A stretch of 64,000 nt of DNA from Camelus ferus (taxonomy: Eukaryota): assembly GCF_009834535.1 (NCBI RefSeq), contig NC_045707.1, forward strand, positions 17,112,001 through 17,176,000, written 5' to 3'. Below the pieces are notes generated by a model that saw nothing but the letters and a program-made list of their open reading frames with translations, was not told the DNA's origin and ran no database searches. Numbering within the stretch: the first letter of the stretch is position 1; every line of letters begins with the position of its first letter. The position numbers and the translations under genes are program-made. This document shows positions 31,821 through 44,460 of this stretch, one piece after another.

Positions 31821-33286
31821 GTCACCTAGTTTGCATCACACATGTGCATTTTTCTGTCTGTGATTTCAGGCCCCAAGGGGGTGGGTGGGATCACAACCGG
31901 GTAGGAACTCATCCTGGCGGGGGCTGCTGCCAGGGCTTTGCCAGCTGTTTATTCAGTTGTGTGCTCAGGGCTGGGGACATTGAGGAGGGCTGCTCTGATG
32001 GCTCAGGGCTCCTGGGGTAATTCTCCAGTGCTGGGAAGTGTCTGGCACAGTGTGGGCTCGTAGCAGACACTGAGCAATGTTAAGAGAATGAATGAATTCA
32101 CCTCTAAGGTCCTAACTGCCCCACAGGGCATCTCCACTTGAATGTTGCAGTGAGATTTGGAGTTCAAAGGCCTTAAAGACACCTCATCACTTCCCCCTCT
32201 ACTGATGCCCGTGCATTAACTTTTCTTCTTTCCATCAGTTCTTCCTACTATCTCCAGCTTAAAACTCTTCAGTACCTAATTTCCTGACCAGTTGAACCAC
32301 CAAACTTGTCAATTTTTTCTTTGAAAAACACCACGAGGAAATTATTTTCTTATAATACGTTAGACTAGGAACTCTGAAAAACCCTTTTGTTATTAAAGTT
32401 CTGGTTAACATTCTTGAAAAATATATTTGAATGCATCACGAGCCAGCAAGAAGGTATAGGAGACAATGAGAGGTGGAAAACAGTACGAAAGCATGCCTCA
32501 GGGAAGTACGTGAATGATGGAGCCAGGTGGCACGGTGGGGGCATTTGTCAGTCGCTGGTGGTGTGGAAAGGAAGCCTGCTGTGGTCAGGGGACAAAGCAT
32601 GAAGCCTAGGTCTGTGAAAGGGAGACTTGGATCCTATGTCCCTAACAGACAACTGGGACGATCCTCAGTGAAAGAGGAAGCAGGAAAAGCACTGCAAAGG
32701 GAAAGGAAGGAAACCTGCAAGCCTTGACCTTGGCTTTGGGTAAAGGGGAAATAAGTTTCCCCTGATAATTTTAAACCCCAAGTTTACCCTCATAAAGTTC
32801 TGGGCTGGAGTTCACATTTTCTTTTTTTCTGTAGCAAAACCCCACAATACCCAATGTGAGAACATAGTTTAAAATCAGCCCAGTTTGGTGATGCTCCCCT
32901 AAATCTGGCAAAAAGCAAATACAAATTCTCTCTAGAAGAATCTCATTAAAACCTAGGCTTCCAGGAATTCTCCCAGAGAGTGTTTCAACAGATGCAAGCT
33001 CACAGTTAAACAAAAATCATGAAATGTGAGCCAAAATGCCACCATAAGTGGAGATGAGCAGAAGTATTCCACACCAGAATCATCCCCAGGAGGACTGCAG
33101 ATGCTGGAATTAACTAGAGTCAGAAAAAAAAAAAAAAGAAAAGAGTATATTTCATATGTTTAAAAAAAGAGGGTACTAAAATGTAACTTAAGAATAAGAG
33201 CTTTTAGAAAATTAATAGACTTATTTGAAAAAGGATCAAATAGATTTATAGAAACGTAAACTGTAACAATTATATTAAAACTTAGT

Positions 33287-33404
33287 GGGGGGAGGGTATA
33301 ACTTAGTGGTAGTGTTGTGCTTAGCATGCTGACGTCCTGGATTCAATCCCCAGTATCTCTATTAAAAAAAAGAAATAAATCTAATTATCTCTCCCCCCCC
33401 AAAA
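33287..33404 (+). mobile_element. tRNA-derived SINE (camelid type)
   Basis: GGGGGGAGGGTATAACTTAGTGG (A box)..GCTTAGCATGC..GGATTCAATCCCCAGTA (B box), A-rich stretch, AATAAATCTAATTATCTC tail. Confidence 0.8.
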
Positions 33405-33667
33405 TCGTTGCTTAGTAAACATTTAAAAAGAGGGGGAAAAAAAAACAATGGATAGTTAAACAGCACACTAGACACAATTAAAGACAAAGTTGGCAGATAA
33501 ATCTATAGAAATTACCTGGAGTGAAAGCAGAGAAAAAACCAGAAAACATGAAAGAGAAATCGACAAAAATGGAGCCCAAGATGGCCCAAATCTTGGATTT
33601 AACAAATGAAGACTTTAAACATAAAGGCCTGATTGAAAACCTAAAGATAAAACATATGAAAACCTAT

Positions 33668-33741
33668 GAGGGTGGGTAAGAGCTCAGTGGTAGAGCACTG
33701 TTTAAAAAACAAAAAAACAAAAAACAAAACAAACAAAAAAA
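33668..33741 (+). mobile_element. Truncated SINE head of the same family plus A-rich tail
   Basis: GAGGGTGGGTAAGAGCTCAGTGGTAGAGCAC followed by (CAAAA)n-like sequence. Confidence 0.6.
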
Positions 33742-33989
33742 CCCCCTAAACCTTAAACCTTACCTAAAACTAAGGCCATGAATTGAAAGTGGAACATATT
33801 AAGGTGATTGATTAGAGGATCAGAGGGCATCATATATAGTTAAAGTGAATAATTTTTCATAAAACTTAGTTTACGTATGTGAATATGTATGTAGGTACTG
33901 ACTTGTGCTGTAAAACATAGTTCTTATTTTGAGTTGTGGTTAAAAAAAAGTTTTACATCTAGTACCCTAAAGAACCTCTTGCCAAAGTA

Positions 33990-34500
33990 CAACAGCAGAT
34001 ATGTACTCAAAAGTTCATAGCAGTGTGGTTTGTTATAACAAAAAAAAGTACACATATGTATACCCCTAGGAGAATGGCTGAATAGGCACACACCTGAATA
34101 TTATACAGCACTGAAAAATAAACAAAGTTGCATGCATCAAAATAGATGAATCTTACTAATAGAATGTTGAGTAGGAAAAAGCAAGTCATTAAAGTGTATA
34201 TGTAATTCTGTTTATAGAATGCTTAAAAGCCAGAAGAACTAAACAATTGCTTAGGAATTCATACACACGTGATACAGTGATAAGGAAAAGCAAGGGAGTG
34301 CTGACACAAAAACCCAGGATAGTGGTTACCTTGGATATTGGATTGGGTCAGAGGGGGAGGATGCTGTAATCAGGAAAGGTCTCATGGGGGATTTGAAGGT
34401 ACTGGTGGGTACCTGAGGATTTGTTTTATTACTGTCACTATTTAAATGATCAAGTGCACATTATATAAACTCTTACATGTATCAGAAATTTATAAAACAA
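33990..34500 (+). mobile_element. Ancient LINE-1 (L1M-type) 3' fragment
   Basis: A-rich L1M 3' UTR-like text (aagttcatagcag..gatgaatcttactaatagaatgttgag..ggatagtggttacc). The AT-rich block 32770-33660 is probably also L1-derived. Confidence 0.6.
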
Positions 34501-36206
34501 AAAGAAATGCTGATCAGCTTGCGTTCTCTGGTCCCTGATACTCCTTCAGTTTAGAGTCTTGTCTTACCCCCAGCTTCCTACCTAGTCTTGGAAGTGGAAC
34601 CCCAGACTCAGTCTCTCTCCCTCCTATCTTCCACACTGCTACCAGACAAGCCTTCCTAAATTGTGTTGTGCACCAGGCTGCTGGCCTGCTCAAGTGCCTT
34701 CTATGGCTCCCTATTGCTCACTCCATAAGCCCAAACTCCTCAGCTCCACATATTTCCCCAACCTAAAAGAGCCTTCCTTCCCCCTCCTCCTATTCCTCTT
34801 TCTTTCAAGGCCTTTTCCAGCCCAGAAACCACCACTTTCCCATCTGGGCTCACAGAATGGCCCCTTCTGCCCCCTCTCAGAACTCTGCAGTTGTAACAAG
34901 GTGAGGTCACAAAGCCCCCAGGAAGGAGAGGCCTTGTCCTCAGAGGTGAGCATTCTGGGAACTTCTTGGGCTGGAGCTGAGCTTCAGTGCTCATGGGAGG
35001 CTTGGAGGAGACGGCAGCTCTGTTCATCATGGTGAGAACTCTCCACATGGTTCACTGGCTCCCATGGGGTGATGGGCCTCGGACTCCACCCAGATCTGTG
35101 GGACCTAGCCAGGACAAGCTTGTCTACTGTGTCTCCAGCTTTCAGGAATGGGAGCAGGAAAGGGTGGGCAGTAGGAATAAAGCAGGGACTGGTGGGAGAT
35201 GATGTTTTGCCATCTCTTTATATTCATCCCTCCACACCCTATCTGCCTTGGAAGGAAATTTGCACTGGGTTGATGAGAACAGTTCTTCTCTGGGTTAATG
35301 CGGGTGTGTGACTATCTGTCCCTCTGGGTATAGAGCCAAGTGCACGGGCTTAAGATGAAGCCTGGCTCGGCCATTGAATGGCAGGGCCACTCATGTCCCT
35401 CTGGATCCCTGCTTCCCTGCACGGTGGATATAATGAGCATCAGGTTGCCCAGTAACATCTCCCTGGTCCGCTTCACAGGTGGTCGTGAGCCTGGGTGAGG
35501 TGGTGGAGGCATAAGACTTTGGTGAGTGAAAGCATCTCTTGCTGTGCTTGGCTGGTTATGTGTCGGTGTGGGCAGAACCGGTGCAGGAAGGGAAAAGGCC
35601 CACTGATTTTGCCCCTTGTGGACAGCACTTCCCAGAGAGCCCTTGGGTTTGGGGAAGGAGCTGGAATCTGGATCTCTTGTCACTGAGAGCATTCATCAAG
35701 TTAGGGAAATTTCTTCATATTCTTAGATTTTTAAAAAGCATTTTTGAAATGAGGAAGTATTATTGAGTTTTATTAAATGCCTTTTGTATTCATTTAAATG
35801 ATTCTATGCAAAGAAGGATGATAATTCATTTCGTAGAGGTAACTACCCCTATTCCTGGGATAAACCCTGGGTGATCTCAGTCCAAAGACTCGACAGATTG
35901 CTACCCTGAATTTTTTCCCTTTGTGCCTGAGTTCACGCTACCTTCAACATCTCCACCTGTGGTGGTGCACCCGCCACTCGGCCAGCCAAGTGCATTTCGT
36001 TCTCTCAATGGCCCTTGGAGACAGGAAAGATGATCATCCCCATCTTACAGATGGAGAAACAGGCCCATAGAAGTTAAATGATCCACCCACAATTGAAACT
36101 GGATGGGTGGGCACTGAACTGTCTCTCTGGCCTCAGTCGAGGACCCTTGCTGCCCTCCTCATCTCCCTGATCCTCCCCCTGGACTCTGCTAACCCTTACT
36201 CCGCAG

Positions 36207-39200
36207 TGTGGTAAGATAAAGGCAACGGTGCAGAAACACATGCAGAGCCAGAGGCGCAGCAAGGAGGAGCTGAACAGGCTTAACCAGGCCATCCGGAGGC
36301 TGACTGTGGAGGTGGGCAGCACCAAGAGTCAGGTGAAGTGTGGGCGTGGGCGCTGCCGAGTGGTGATGGTGGGAGGGGGTCCACTATTTAGAACGACTAG
36401 ACTGGATCTTCCCCCATCCTTTGGAATAGATGGATAGTTTCTCTTTGTGAATGTCTGAGCAAACAGGGGTGTGGCTGTATGTGTACATCATGCTTACATT
36501 TGCCCAGGACTCTCTGTATTTCATGTGCGTAAGTAATTAACATGTAGGTAAATATCTCTGAATATGTACGCCTGTTTGTATACTGTTTTTTATGGGTACG
36601 CACATTTCCATGCTGTAGGTTTTGTTCTACACAACATGAAATTTGAGCCCATCTTCAGAAATGGCAAGATTTTATGTAGCAATCCAGTTTTCTGGGTTCT
36701 GTCCAAAAATGTGCTGACCTGACAATATTAACTTATGATCTGACATGGTAATATTTGGTAAGAGAAGAGAGGCCTCTGTCTTCTCTGTTGTCTCCATATG
36801 GGGACATGCTCCTCTTTTTTTTTTTTTTTTTTTTTTTTGGGACATGCTCCTCTTGTGTGCCACAGTCCCCGACACTCCAAATTGCATCCTTTGACACCAA
36901 GGCAGAGGGTTCTTTGCCATTTACGATCACCTTGGTTAGTACTCTTGTGATCCTTGTAAAAGAGAGATGGTGCTGGGCCTGTGTCTCTATCTAAGGTAGA
37001 GACATACAGGACTGAATACATGAGAGAGGTCCAGGTGATTTCAGGAAAATGAGAACGTGCACCTTTCTTCGTGGAACTGGATACTGTAGATGGCTAGTCC
37101 ACATTTGATCTTTACTTTCTGATGCCTCCAGCCAGACTCTGCAGACATTCGTGTTTGTGACTCGGGCTTTAGGTCTTAGAAGAGGTTCCAGCATGAATGC
37201 TTTCTTTTTCCCGAACTCTCTCCCTCTCAACCTCCTCTCTCTTCTCCCAGCTGCCCTCTCTGTTAAGCCTCCAGACCCACGCTCCATCCTGCAGAGGGAA
37301 GGGGCTCTGTTCTTGTTTTCTGCAGATACCAGTGTCCCGGGCTCTGCGGGATATTCGTGGGGGTTCTCCCTTCTCCAGGAACCCAGGCCTTTGAGGAGGG
37401 ATGAACTGTCCAGGTTCCAGGGGGTGGCAGAGTGAGCGGGTAGGCCCGCTGTGGTTCAGTCTCCCAGCCTCCCCAGCTGCTCTGATTCCTGGACTGGTTT
37501 CCTCAGCAGCAAGCACACCTCACCAAGACAAGCGTTTATCATCATTCTCCCCCAGAGACAGCAAATTCTAGTCTCTTGTGAGGAAAGGATATTCTTCCTG
37601 TTAGTCTCCCTGATGAAACAATAATCCCAGCATGACATGCTGAAAAACATTGGATGCTTCCTGGAAATGTCACCAATACTCTTTGGAAAAGGTTCTCTCT
37701 CAGCCCCCCCAGAGGGCTGGCCCCCAACCTGCAATCTGGGAGAGTGGCAGACACACAAGTGTGTATTTCAGAACAGGCACACTGACTCCTCACAATGGTT
37801 TCTAATCCCTCATTGGCCCCTCAGCCTCTGAGAAAGGTCTGGATCCTTGAGGGGGGCAGGGGGAGGCCAAGGATGTCCTTTTGTCTTTGGTCTTCCCTTC
37901 ACCCCCAGCCCTGCGAACCAGGCAAGGACCCAGTAGCTCTGCAGGAGGAGGGTGCCTCAGGCAGCGCCAAGGGCAAGGTGGCCTGGCTGGAGGCTGCCCT
38001 GCAGCGGGCCAAGCAGGACATGGTGCAGCAGCTGCGGGAGTACCAGGAGCTCATGATTGCCAAGCTGGGCCTGGATTTTGAGATCGCCACCTACCGCAAG
38101 CTGCTGGAGGGCGAGGAGAGCCGGTGAGGGCTGGGCGGTGCTTCAGGTGTTGGTGGTGAGGGAGGCTGGGGCACAGAGAGGGCACCACCTGAGGCCTTGC
38201 CAGCTGGGGAGAGGGGAGGAGGGGTGATCTGGGTATCCAGGGATCTGTTCTTCTGGAGTAAATTTTTTCCCCCACTGTCTTACAGTCCTTTAGACAAAAG
38301 GCCTTAGCTATTAAGCACCTTTGGCACCTGGGATGGGGCAACTTATGAAGTCATTCACTCCTTAGGATCAGAGAGCAGTGGCCAGTTTGTCAGTTGAGAC
38401 AGTTGCAAGGACCAAGGCCCAGCCAGGAGGAGGAAGGTCCCCCAGTGTGGGGTGCCTTCTCCTCAACTCTGCCCCTCTCCACCTGGGAGAGGCCTGGGTG
38501 AGGCAGGGTTTGTGGTAACAGGTAGCTCCTGGTTTTAAACCTTAGACAGCAGTAGGGACCTAGGGGCTGCCAGCTCCAATTGGGCCCACCTGGCTGAGGG
38601 GAAGGAAGGGAAACTCACCATGCAACAGACGTGCTGAATTTATTGCCTCCTCTAAACTCTACAAAACCCTGGGAGGAAGGTGCTATTATTCCCATTTTAC
38701 AGATGAGGAAACTGAGTCTTAGAGAGTAAAGGACTGCCTCAAGGACACACAGGTAGAAAGTGATTGGGTGAGGCTTCAACAATAGGCTTCAGAATAATGT
38801 ACCTAGCTCCTCTGTGATCTCCTTCAAAATGACCCCCTCATGGTCTCTAATTTCAAGATAAGTTTAGACCAAAGACAGTGTAGATGTTCTGTCTTCTCCT
38901 TTCTCCAAGAATCCATCCATAAAAGTGAATTATTTGAATTTAAGGCAGGCAGGATTGAGTTTAAAAGTCCAGAGGTAGTTTTTACTCGAAAGGGCTGAGA
39001 GGACCTGAGACAACCAAGCAGCTTGCAGAATGGAAGGATTTCCTCCTGTCTGGAGAGGGCCAGGAGTGTTTTGTCTTGGAGAATGGAGAATATTCGGCCT
39101 GGTAGGTAGATTCACTCACCTGCTTCCTCCTTCTCCCTGCAGGCTTGGTCTGGGATTTGGAGCAGGGAGCGTCAGTAAGTAAATAATAGTTGTAACTTGG

Positions 39201-39893
39201 GTTAGGAGGGTCAAATCTTATCCCCCGCCCCGCTCTTCCTTTGTGTGTATCCTCTTGGGAAGGGAGAAGGGGTCTGCTTCTTCTGGATGTCTCCCATTTG
39301 TGGGGGAGGCTGTTTCTTCTCTTGGGGGTGATTTTTTGTGTTTGTGTGTATTGTGGGAGGGGGTTCTGTGGTCTGTTCTTTGAAGGGAGGATCTGTTGGT
39401 GTGTCCTGGGGTGTGGGAGGAAGTTCTGCGGGTTTATGCTCATGGAAGAGGCTGTTTCATTCCCTCTTTGGGGAGCATCTGTGTCTAACTTCAGGGAAGG
39501 GGGATTCCTGAGTCTGTTTCTTGGGAGTAGGGGTCTGTGTATCTGTCACTCTGGGGAGTCTGCACGCCTGTCTCCTGGTGGGGAGGAGGGCCTGTGCATC
39601 CGTATGTCTGTCGTCGGAGGCGGCGCGGGCAAATGTGGGGAGAAGCGTTTCCTCCTCCGACAGCCGCTCTCCGCTCAGCCCTGGGCAGCGCTCCCCACTG
39701 CGGGCCGGGCTCCGCCGCGGACCCCGCGGGCCTGCTGCCGCCTGGAGCGGGCCCGGCGCCCTGGAGACGAGCGCCCCTGGCGGCGGCTGCGCGCTCTGCG
39801 GCTCCCCCGGCTGTGTCGGGGGCTTCAGCAGCAGAGGCTGCCGCGGATGCTGAACCTTTCCTCATCTGCTCCGGAGAAGTAAAGGAACCCTAG
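36207..39893 (+). CDS. KRT88: Orphan keratin cassette with only exons 6-9 (coil 2B + tail), tentatively KRT88-like; truncated gene, alternative 3' half or relic
   Basis: Exons: 36207-36332 (126 nt, [42 protein letters not shown]), 37909-38123 (215 nt, ends [15 protein letters not shown]), 39143-39174 (32 nt, [10 protein letters not shown]), 39664-39893. All GT-AG with type II keratin phases. No exons 1-5 found between 31428 and 36207. The name rests on synteny (between KRT87 and KRT81, + strand) and recollection of a short mouse Krt88, unverified. Confidence 0.65.
36801..36854 (-). mobile_element. Poly(A)-only retroinsertion with 16-bp target-site duplication
   Basis: GGGACATGCTCCTCTT at 36801-36816 and 36839-36854 flanking a pure T run. 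Confidence 0.75.
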
Positions 39894-40142
39894 CTTTTGC
39901 CCCAAAGTCTTGGCCCTGTGTCTCAGACGCCCCCTCCCATGGTGCTGGCCCTCTCCTCACCTCTCCCTCTTGCCCTCCGACCCCGGTGCGTGAAGTCTTG
40001 GAATGTAGTTCACCGGACCACGGCGGACCTGCCCCCGGTGCAGAAGCTGTGCGCCTGGGCTTAGCTTACCAGGCTCACCAGGACCCAGCACCCCCACCCT
40101 CTGAATCGCCCCATTCCCTTTTTCCCGGGACTCCTCTATTGC

Positions 40143-40148
40143 AATAAA
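40143..40148 (+). terminator. Polyadenylation signal of the exon 6-9 cassette
   Basis: AATAAA about 250 nt after the stop. Confidence 0.7.
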
Positions 40149-41883
40149 AAGTTCTTCAGTGCACTACACCGTGGGCTGTTTGTGCCTGACTTCCTCGGGC
40201 TACTTATTCCCAAAGCAAAGACAAAGCTGGCCGGATTTGGGGGCAGGTAAAGAAAAGGGGGAACAAGAACAGGAAGCAACCCTCCTCATGTGGTGGGTGG
40301 GTCTGCATGACTTCAGTGTACGGTGGTGTCATAGCACCAGGATCTTCAGGGTTGGAGGGATGTGTGTGTCAGAGGGCCTGGGGTGAGAGGGAAATGAGGG
40401 GGGTTAATTCTTGCAGGGTGTTGGCTTCCTTCCCAGTCTGGGGTCCACAGGCAGCCGTTCTTGGTAGAGTTGCTGAGAACTGCATTTATTCATCGACTCA
40501 CTCGCTCTGCAAACACTTACAGAATGGCCTCTAAGGGTCCGGCATAGTGTTTGGTCGACAGGACACTAGTCCTGGCCCTCTGGAGATGATGGTCTGGCAG
40601 GGAAGCAGTCTGTAAACCAGGAAATGGACCAGAAAGAAGCTCAGATGGGGATGAAGGCGAGCCTCCTTCTACTGCCCTGGCAGGGGCAGTCGGGGACAGG
40701 CCCCGGGGAAGATGGCCCTCGTAGACTGAGGCTGGAGGACGTGAACACAATTGGGTGGCCCAGGTCCGGGTTTTAGTTGAACAAGGGATCTGATGGTGGC
40801 TGGGAAAAACATACTATGGCGGAGGAAAGCATGGGCTTTGGAATCAGAGGAAGTTCCAGCTCTGCTTTGACTTCCAGGTCTATGGTGTAGTTTAGTCTGA
40901 GTTTTCACAAGGCAACTGGACTTTGGTGTCAGAAGGTAGGCCAGCTTAGGGGGTGGGATGGCCAGAGAGAGGCTGGGTTTTTGTGCTCTTTACTTGCCAT
41001 CCAGGCCTGAGAGAAGCCTTGGTTCAGCAAGCTCACTTTCTTTTCTGTTGCACAAAGCATTACATCAGCGAGCCATCTGGGGAACAATAGTCCCTGCTTT
41101 CTATGTCCCTGGGTGGGGCTAAGGTGTGTCATTGGCCAGAGGCACCAGCTTTACCTTTTAAGGTTCGCTAGTGCCAGGGTGTCTGCTGTGTTCTCTTGGA
41201 TCCCTGCCCAGAGAACAGGTGTCCAAAAGGGCCCCTTCCTGGATAAACAGAGCAGTCTCATGCCAGAGGAATGGGACAGAAGCTTGACTGGCAAGCTGCC
41301 ACCTACCTGAGGGGCAGGGGACAGGGCCTTACTGGACTCATGCATCAGCCCCATTCGATCTATTCAGACTGACACTGGTTGCATAAACATTCTTATCAAC
41401 ACCCCCAATGCAAGGCAGCTGCCTAAAAGCAGAGCTGCTTCTCTGCAAGATTTTTCAGACTCCATGCTCCCCGCATTTAGCTAGGAGGTAATGACATTCT
41501 GTGATATTCAAGGTCAGGTTTTTCCAGCTCCTGCTGGGCTGATCATGTCAGTAAAGGAACTCTGTGAGAAGTGCAGAAGCTCCTCCCACCCAGGAGCTGT
41601 AGGCAGGACTGATGGTGAGCAGCCGGCAGCCCGTATCACCGAGCACTGGTTGTTGCCCGCATGTTTCCTTTCCAAATCCCAAATCTGATGTCAGCCAGGG
41701 CGCTCCCAAGGGCCGTGGGATCAGGCTTTAGTCTCTGGCTGGGCCAGGGCCACGTGGGCCATTAGCAAGGTTTGTGGCTTGGGGCCCAATCTTTGGAGTG
41801 GCTCCCCTGGTCCTGGGCCACATTCCAGGCTGGGAAATTTCTGGAGAGTCAGTCACCAGCCCATTTATAAGCTTTGAGAGTCA

Positions 41884-41925
41884 GGTGACTTCTGGAAGTT
41901 CAGTGGTGACTTCTGGAAGTTCAGT
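41884..41925. repeat. Perfect 21-bp tandem duplication GGTGACTTCTGGAAGTTCAGT x2
   Basis: Units at 41884-41904 and 41905-41925. Confidence 0.95.
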
Positions 41926-42180
41926 CATTACTTCCCAGCAGAAGTACTATCATATTTAATAGTAGCGCTTAAATGTGTGAGATGTGACTTCACGTTGTTA
42001 GAGTCTCCGTCTGAGCCCCTCAAGGGCCGTCTCACCCATTCATCCCCAGAGCCTGCCATGGAGCAGGTGTGAATGGGCCAGGGCTCTGTGGTGTCGTTTG
42101 GTCTGCTCGGTCTTTGGGTGAATTGGGCTCTGTTCTTCCACAATTAGCATGTTTATCCCTATGGGCCCCCCATGGCAGGC

Positions 42181-42300
42181 GAGGTAATTACGTTTATTTA
42201 TTTATTTAATTATTATTTTATTTTTACTGGAGGTACTGGGAGTTTCAGGACCTCGTGCATGCTAAGCATGTGCTCTACCACTGAGCTCTACCCTCTTCCC
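42181..42300 (-). mobile_element. tRNA-derived SINE (camelid type)
   Basis: Reverse complement reads GGGAAGAGGGTAGAGCTCAGTGGTAGAGCACATGCTTAGCATGCACGAGGTCCTG..CCCAGTACCTCCA..AATAAATAAACGTAATTACCTC. Confidence 0.82.
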
Positions 42301-44224
42301 TGGGAGTCTCCTGACGCATCTAAATGCAGTCCTTCCTGATGCGATTCCAGCTGCAGTCTATTAACCAGTCCAGCCTGGACTAAGGAAGGAAGGCCCCGGA
42401 TTCTGCTCCCAATCTTGCTATTACTTTGGCCAAACTCATCACCTGTTCATGGGCCTTGGTTCTGCCCACCCCAGATGGAACTGTTGAAGATTCATCTATC
42501 CTTTGGAGTTTTCCTTCCTGCTTAAACTCTCTGTACCACGGTTTATCCGTAAAACAAGACAGTACGTGTCATGGGTTGTTTCAGGATTAAATATATTACT
42601 ATATGTAAAGTACTTAAAACATAGTAAGCTTATATCAAAGTAATTAATATTTTATTTGCTGGAGTTCTTGGAAAGGGTTTTGAGCACCTTTAAAGAAGGC
42701 TCTACAACTTCAAGATCTCCTTCTGCCTGGGCTGGAGCTACAGTGATTGCAGGGCGGGAAGGGTAGGGAGGGGAGCCCAAGGGTTAGAACTAGGGGTCAC
42801 TAGCCAGAGGGCACCTCCCTGGTAGGACACTCAGCAGCACCTGCCCATCGCCACTCCCACCATAGTCCAGTTCTCCATCTGGGACCCCATCTCCCCAGCA
42901 CATGAGCCCACTTGTACATTCACACTGTACTCATACCCACAGGTACCCACAAAACTCTCTTCAGTGCATATCCACAGGTATACACACATTCACACACATC
43001 ATCACCCATATAGGAACCCCCACTGTCACACACACGTTTCCAAACAGATGCCCAGATATGTACATGTACCTAGGTGCAATCATTCTGTTCCACTCCCAGA
43101 CAGCAGCCTAGAGATAGATTGCTGAGCAGGGTAAAGATACAGTCAGTGTGCACACAGCACAGTGCATGGCACCTGGGCACCCAACTTCCCTCTGGCTCCC
43201 CGTCCTGTCCCATGTCTCCTAAAGAATCACAGAGCTTGAACTTAGTCAGGGACCTTAGCATCTAGTCCAGGCATTTTTTCCCCCCACTAGTGAATACATG
43301 GAGGACCAGAGAGGGGAGGTGACTTGCTAAAGGTCACACAGCAAACTGTTTCATTTTCTTTACCATTCCGCATCATGGGCCTTATGTACATGATTCGTTC
43401 ACCCTCGCTCCTCTGCCTGAGCCTGTTCAGAGGTGGACACCTAGAGGAAGGTGAGGATTGTGGAGCTGGAGTAGGAGAGAGGAGAAGGTCAGAGTCAGAG
43501 GGAAGGTGAGAGAGTGAAGTACGACTGGTCACCAAAGCCCAGTGGGGCTGGTGAGACTAGTGAGACAGGGAGGGCAGGATCAGTTGACTGAAGTCCCTCA
43601 GGACTGATGGCTTCTGACCTGGGGAGGAATGGAGGGGTGGAACTGGTGCTGGGGCTTCAGGGCTGGACTCCTGACAGGGCCTGCTCCTGAGCTGTGTGGG
43701 GTCACAGCACAGAGGGCTGGTTAGAACAGTTGTACTCTCTGGACCTCTCCGAGGGCTCTGTCCTCAGAATTCCATGGGGAGTGGGGGGAAGCAAGAGTGG
43801 AGGGGACACATTGGTGGCAGGAGACCTGGGATTGATCCTACCTCTTAAAAGAGCCTGTATCTTTTCAGACCACTCATTTCTGGTCTCTCAATATTCTTAA
43901 TTATTTCTTTTGTCCTTAAAGATGGGGATGGGGACTTACACTTCTTCTACAGTTTCCTGGGCCCAGAATTGGAAGTTTAGAGATTCACTTTGCTGTATAG
44001 ATGTATGTTCAGGGACTCTCCTCGGCCCGTAGTGAAACTGAGGGACCATCTCCTCACTTCCACCAGCACTTGTAAGAGCCTCATCAGTGTCGGGGGGACA
44101 GTTTCCTGCATGAAGGACCTTGATGGTCTGGAAGATGTGCTTACATCTCTAATCACAGATACAAGTGTAATGAGAGGCTGGCCACGGCCCTGATCCCTGG
44201 AGGGATTTCTACTTTACATTCTAC

Positions 44225-44460
44225 AAAAGGATAACGATGAACACATATCGTAATTCTTTTGTGGCAGGCACTGTCTAAGCATTGTACATATATGAATTTC
44301 CTTAATCTTCCCAACAACCCTAGGAGGTAATTTTTTTTTAAATCATTCTGACTTTAGACGTGTGAAGACTGAGACACAGAGAGGGTAAGTAAATTGCCCA
44401 AAATCACTCAGCTAGAAATAGAACCCAGTTTTGGACCCATGCAGTCTGGCCCCAGAGTCT
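44225..44460 (-). mobile_element. MIR SINE
   Basis: ggcaggcactgtctaagc..cttaatcttcccaacaaccctaggagg..gagacacagagagggtaagtaaattgccc. Confidence 0.6.

Noticed and set aside
33287-33360. tRNA gene
   Set aside because: The A and B boxes belong to a SINE head; there is no cloverleaf and it has an A-rich SINE tail.
31900-36200. Remnants of exons 1-5 for the orphan cassette
   Set aside because: Scanned by eye for FIDK, FLEQQN, ENEF and MDNSR motifs and found none. Highly decayed relics cannot be excluded without an alignment.
39241-39882. 213-aa ORF and neighbouring Cys/Val/Gly-rich ORFs
   Set aside because: Derived from G/T low-complexity intron sequence running into the GC-rich last exon; no independent gene evidence.
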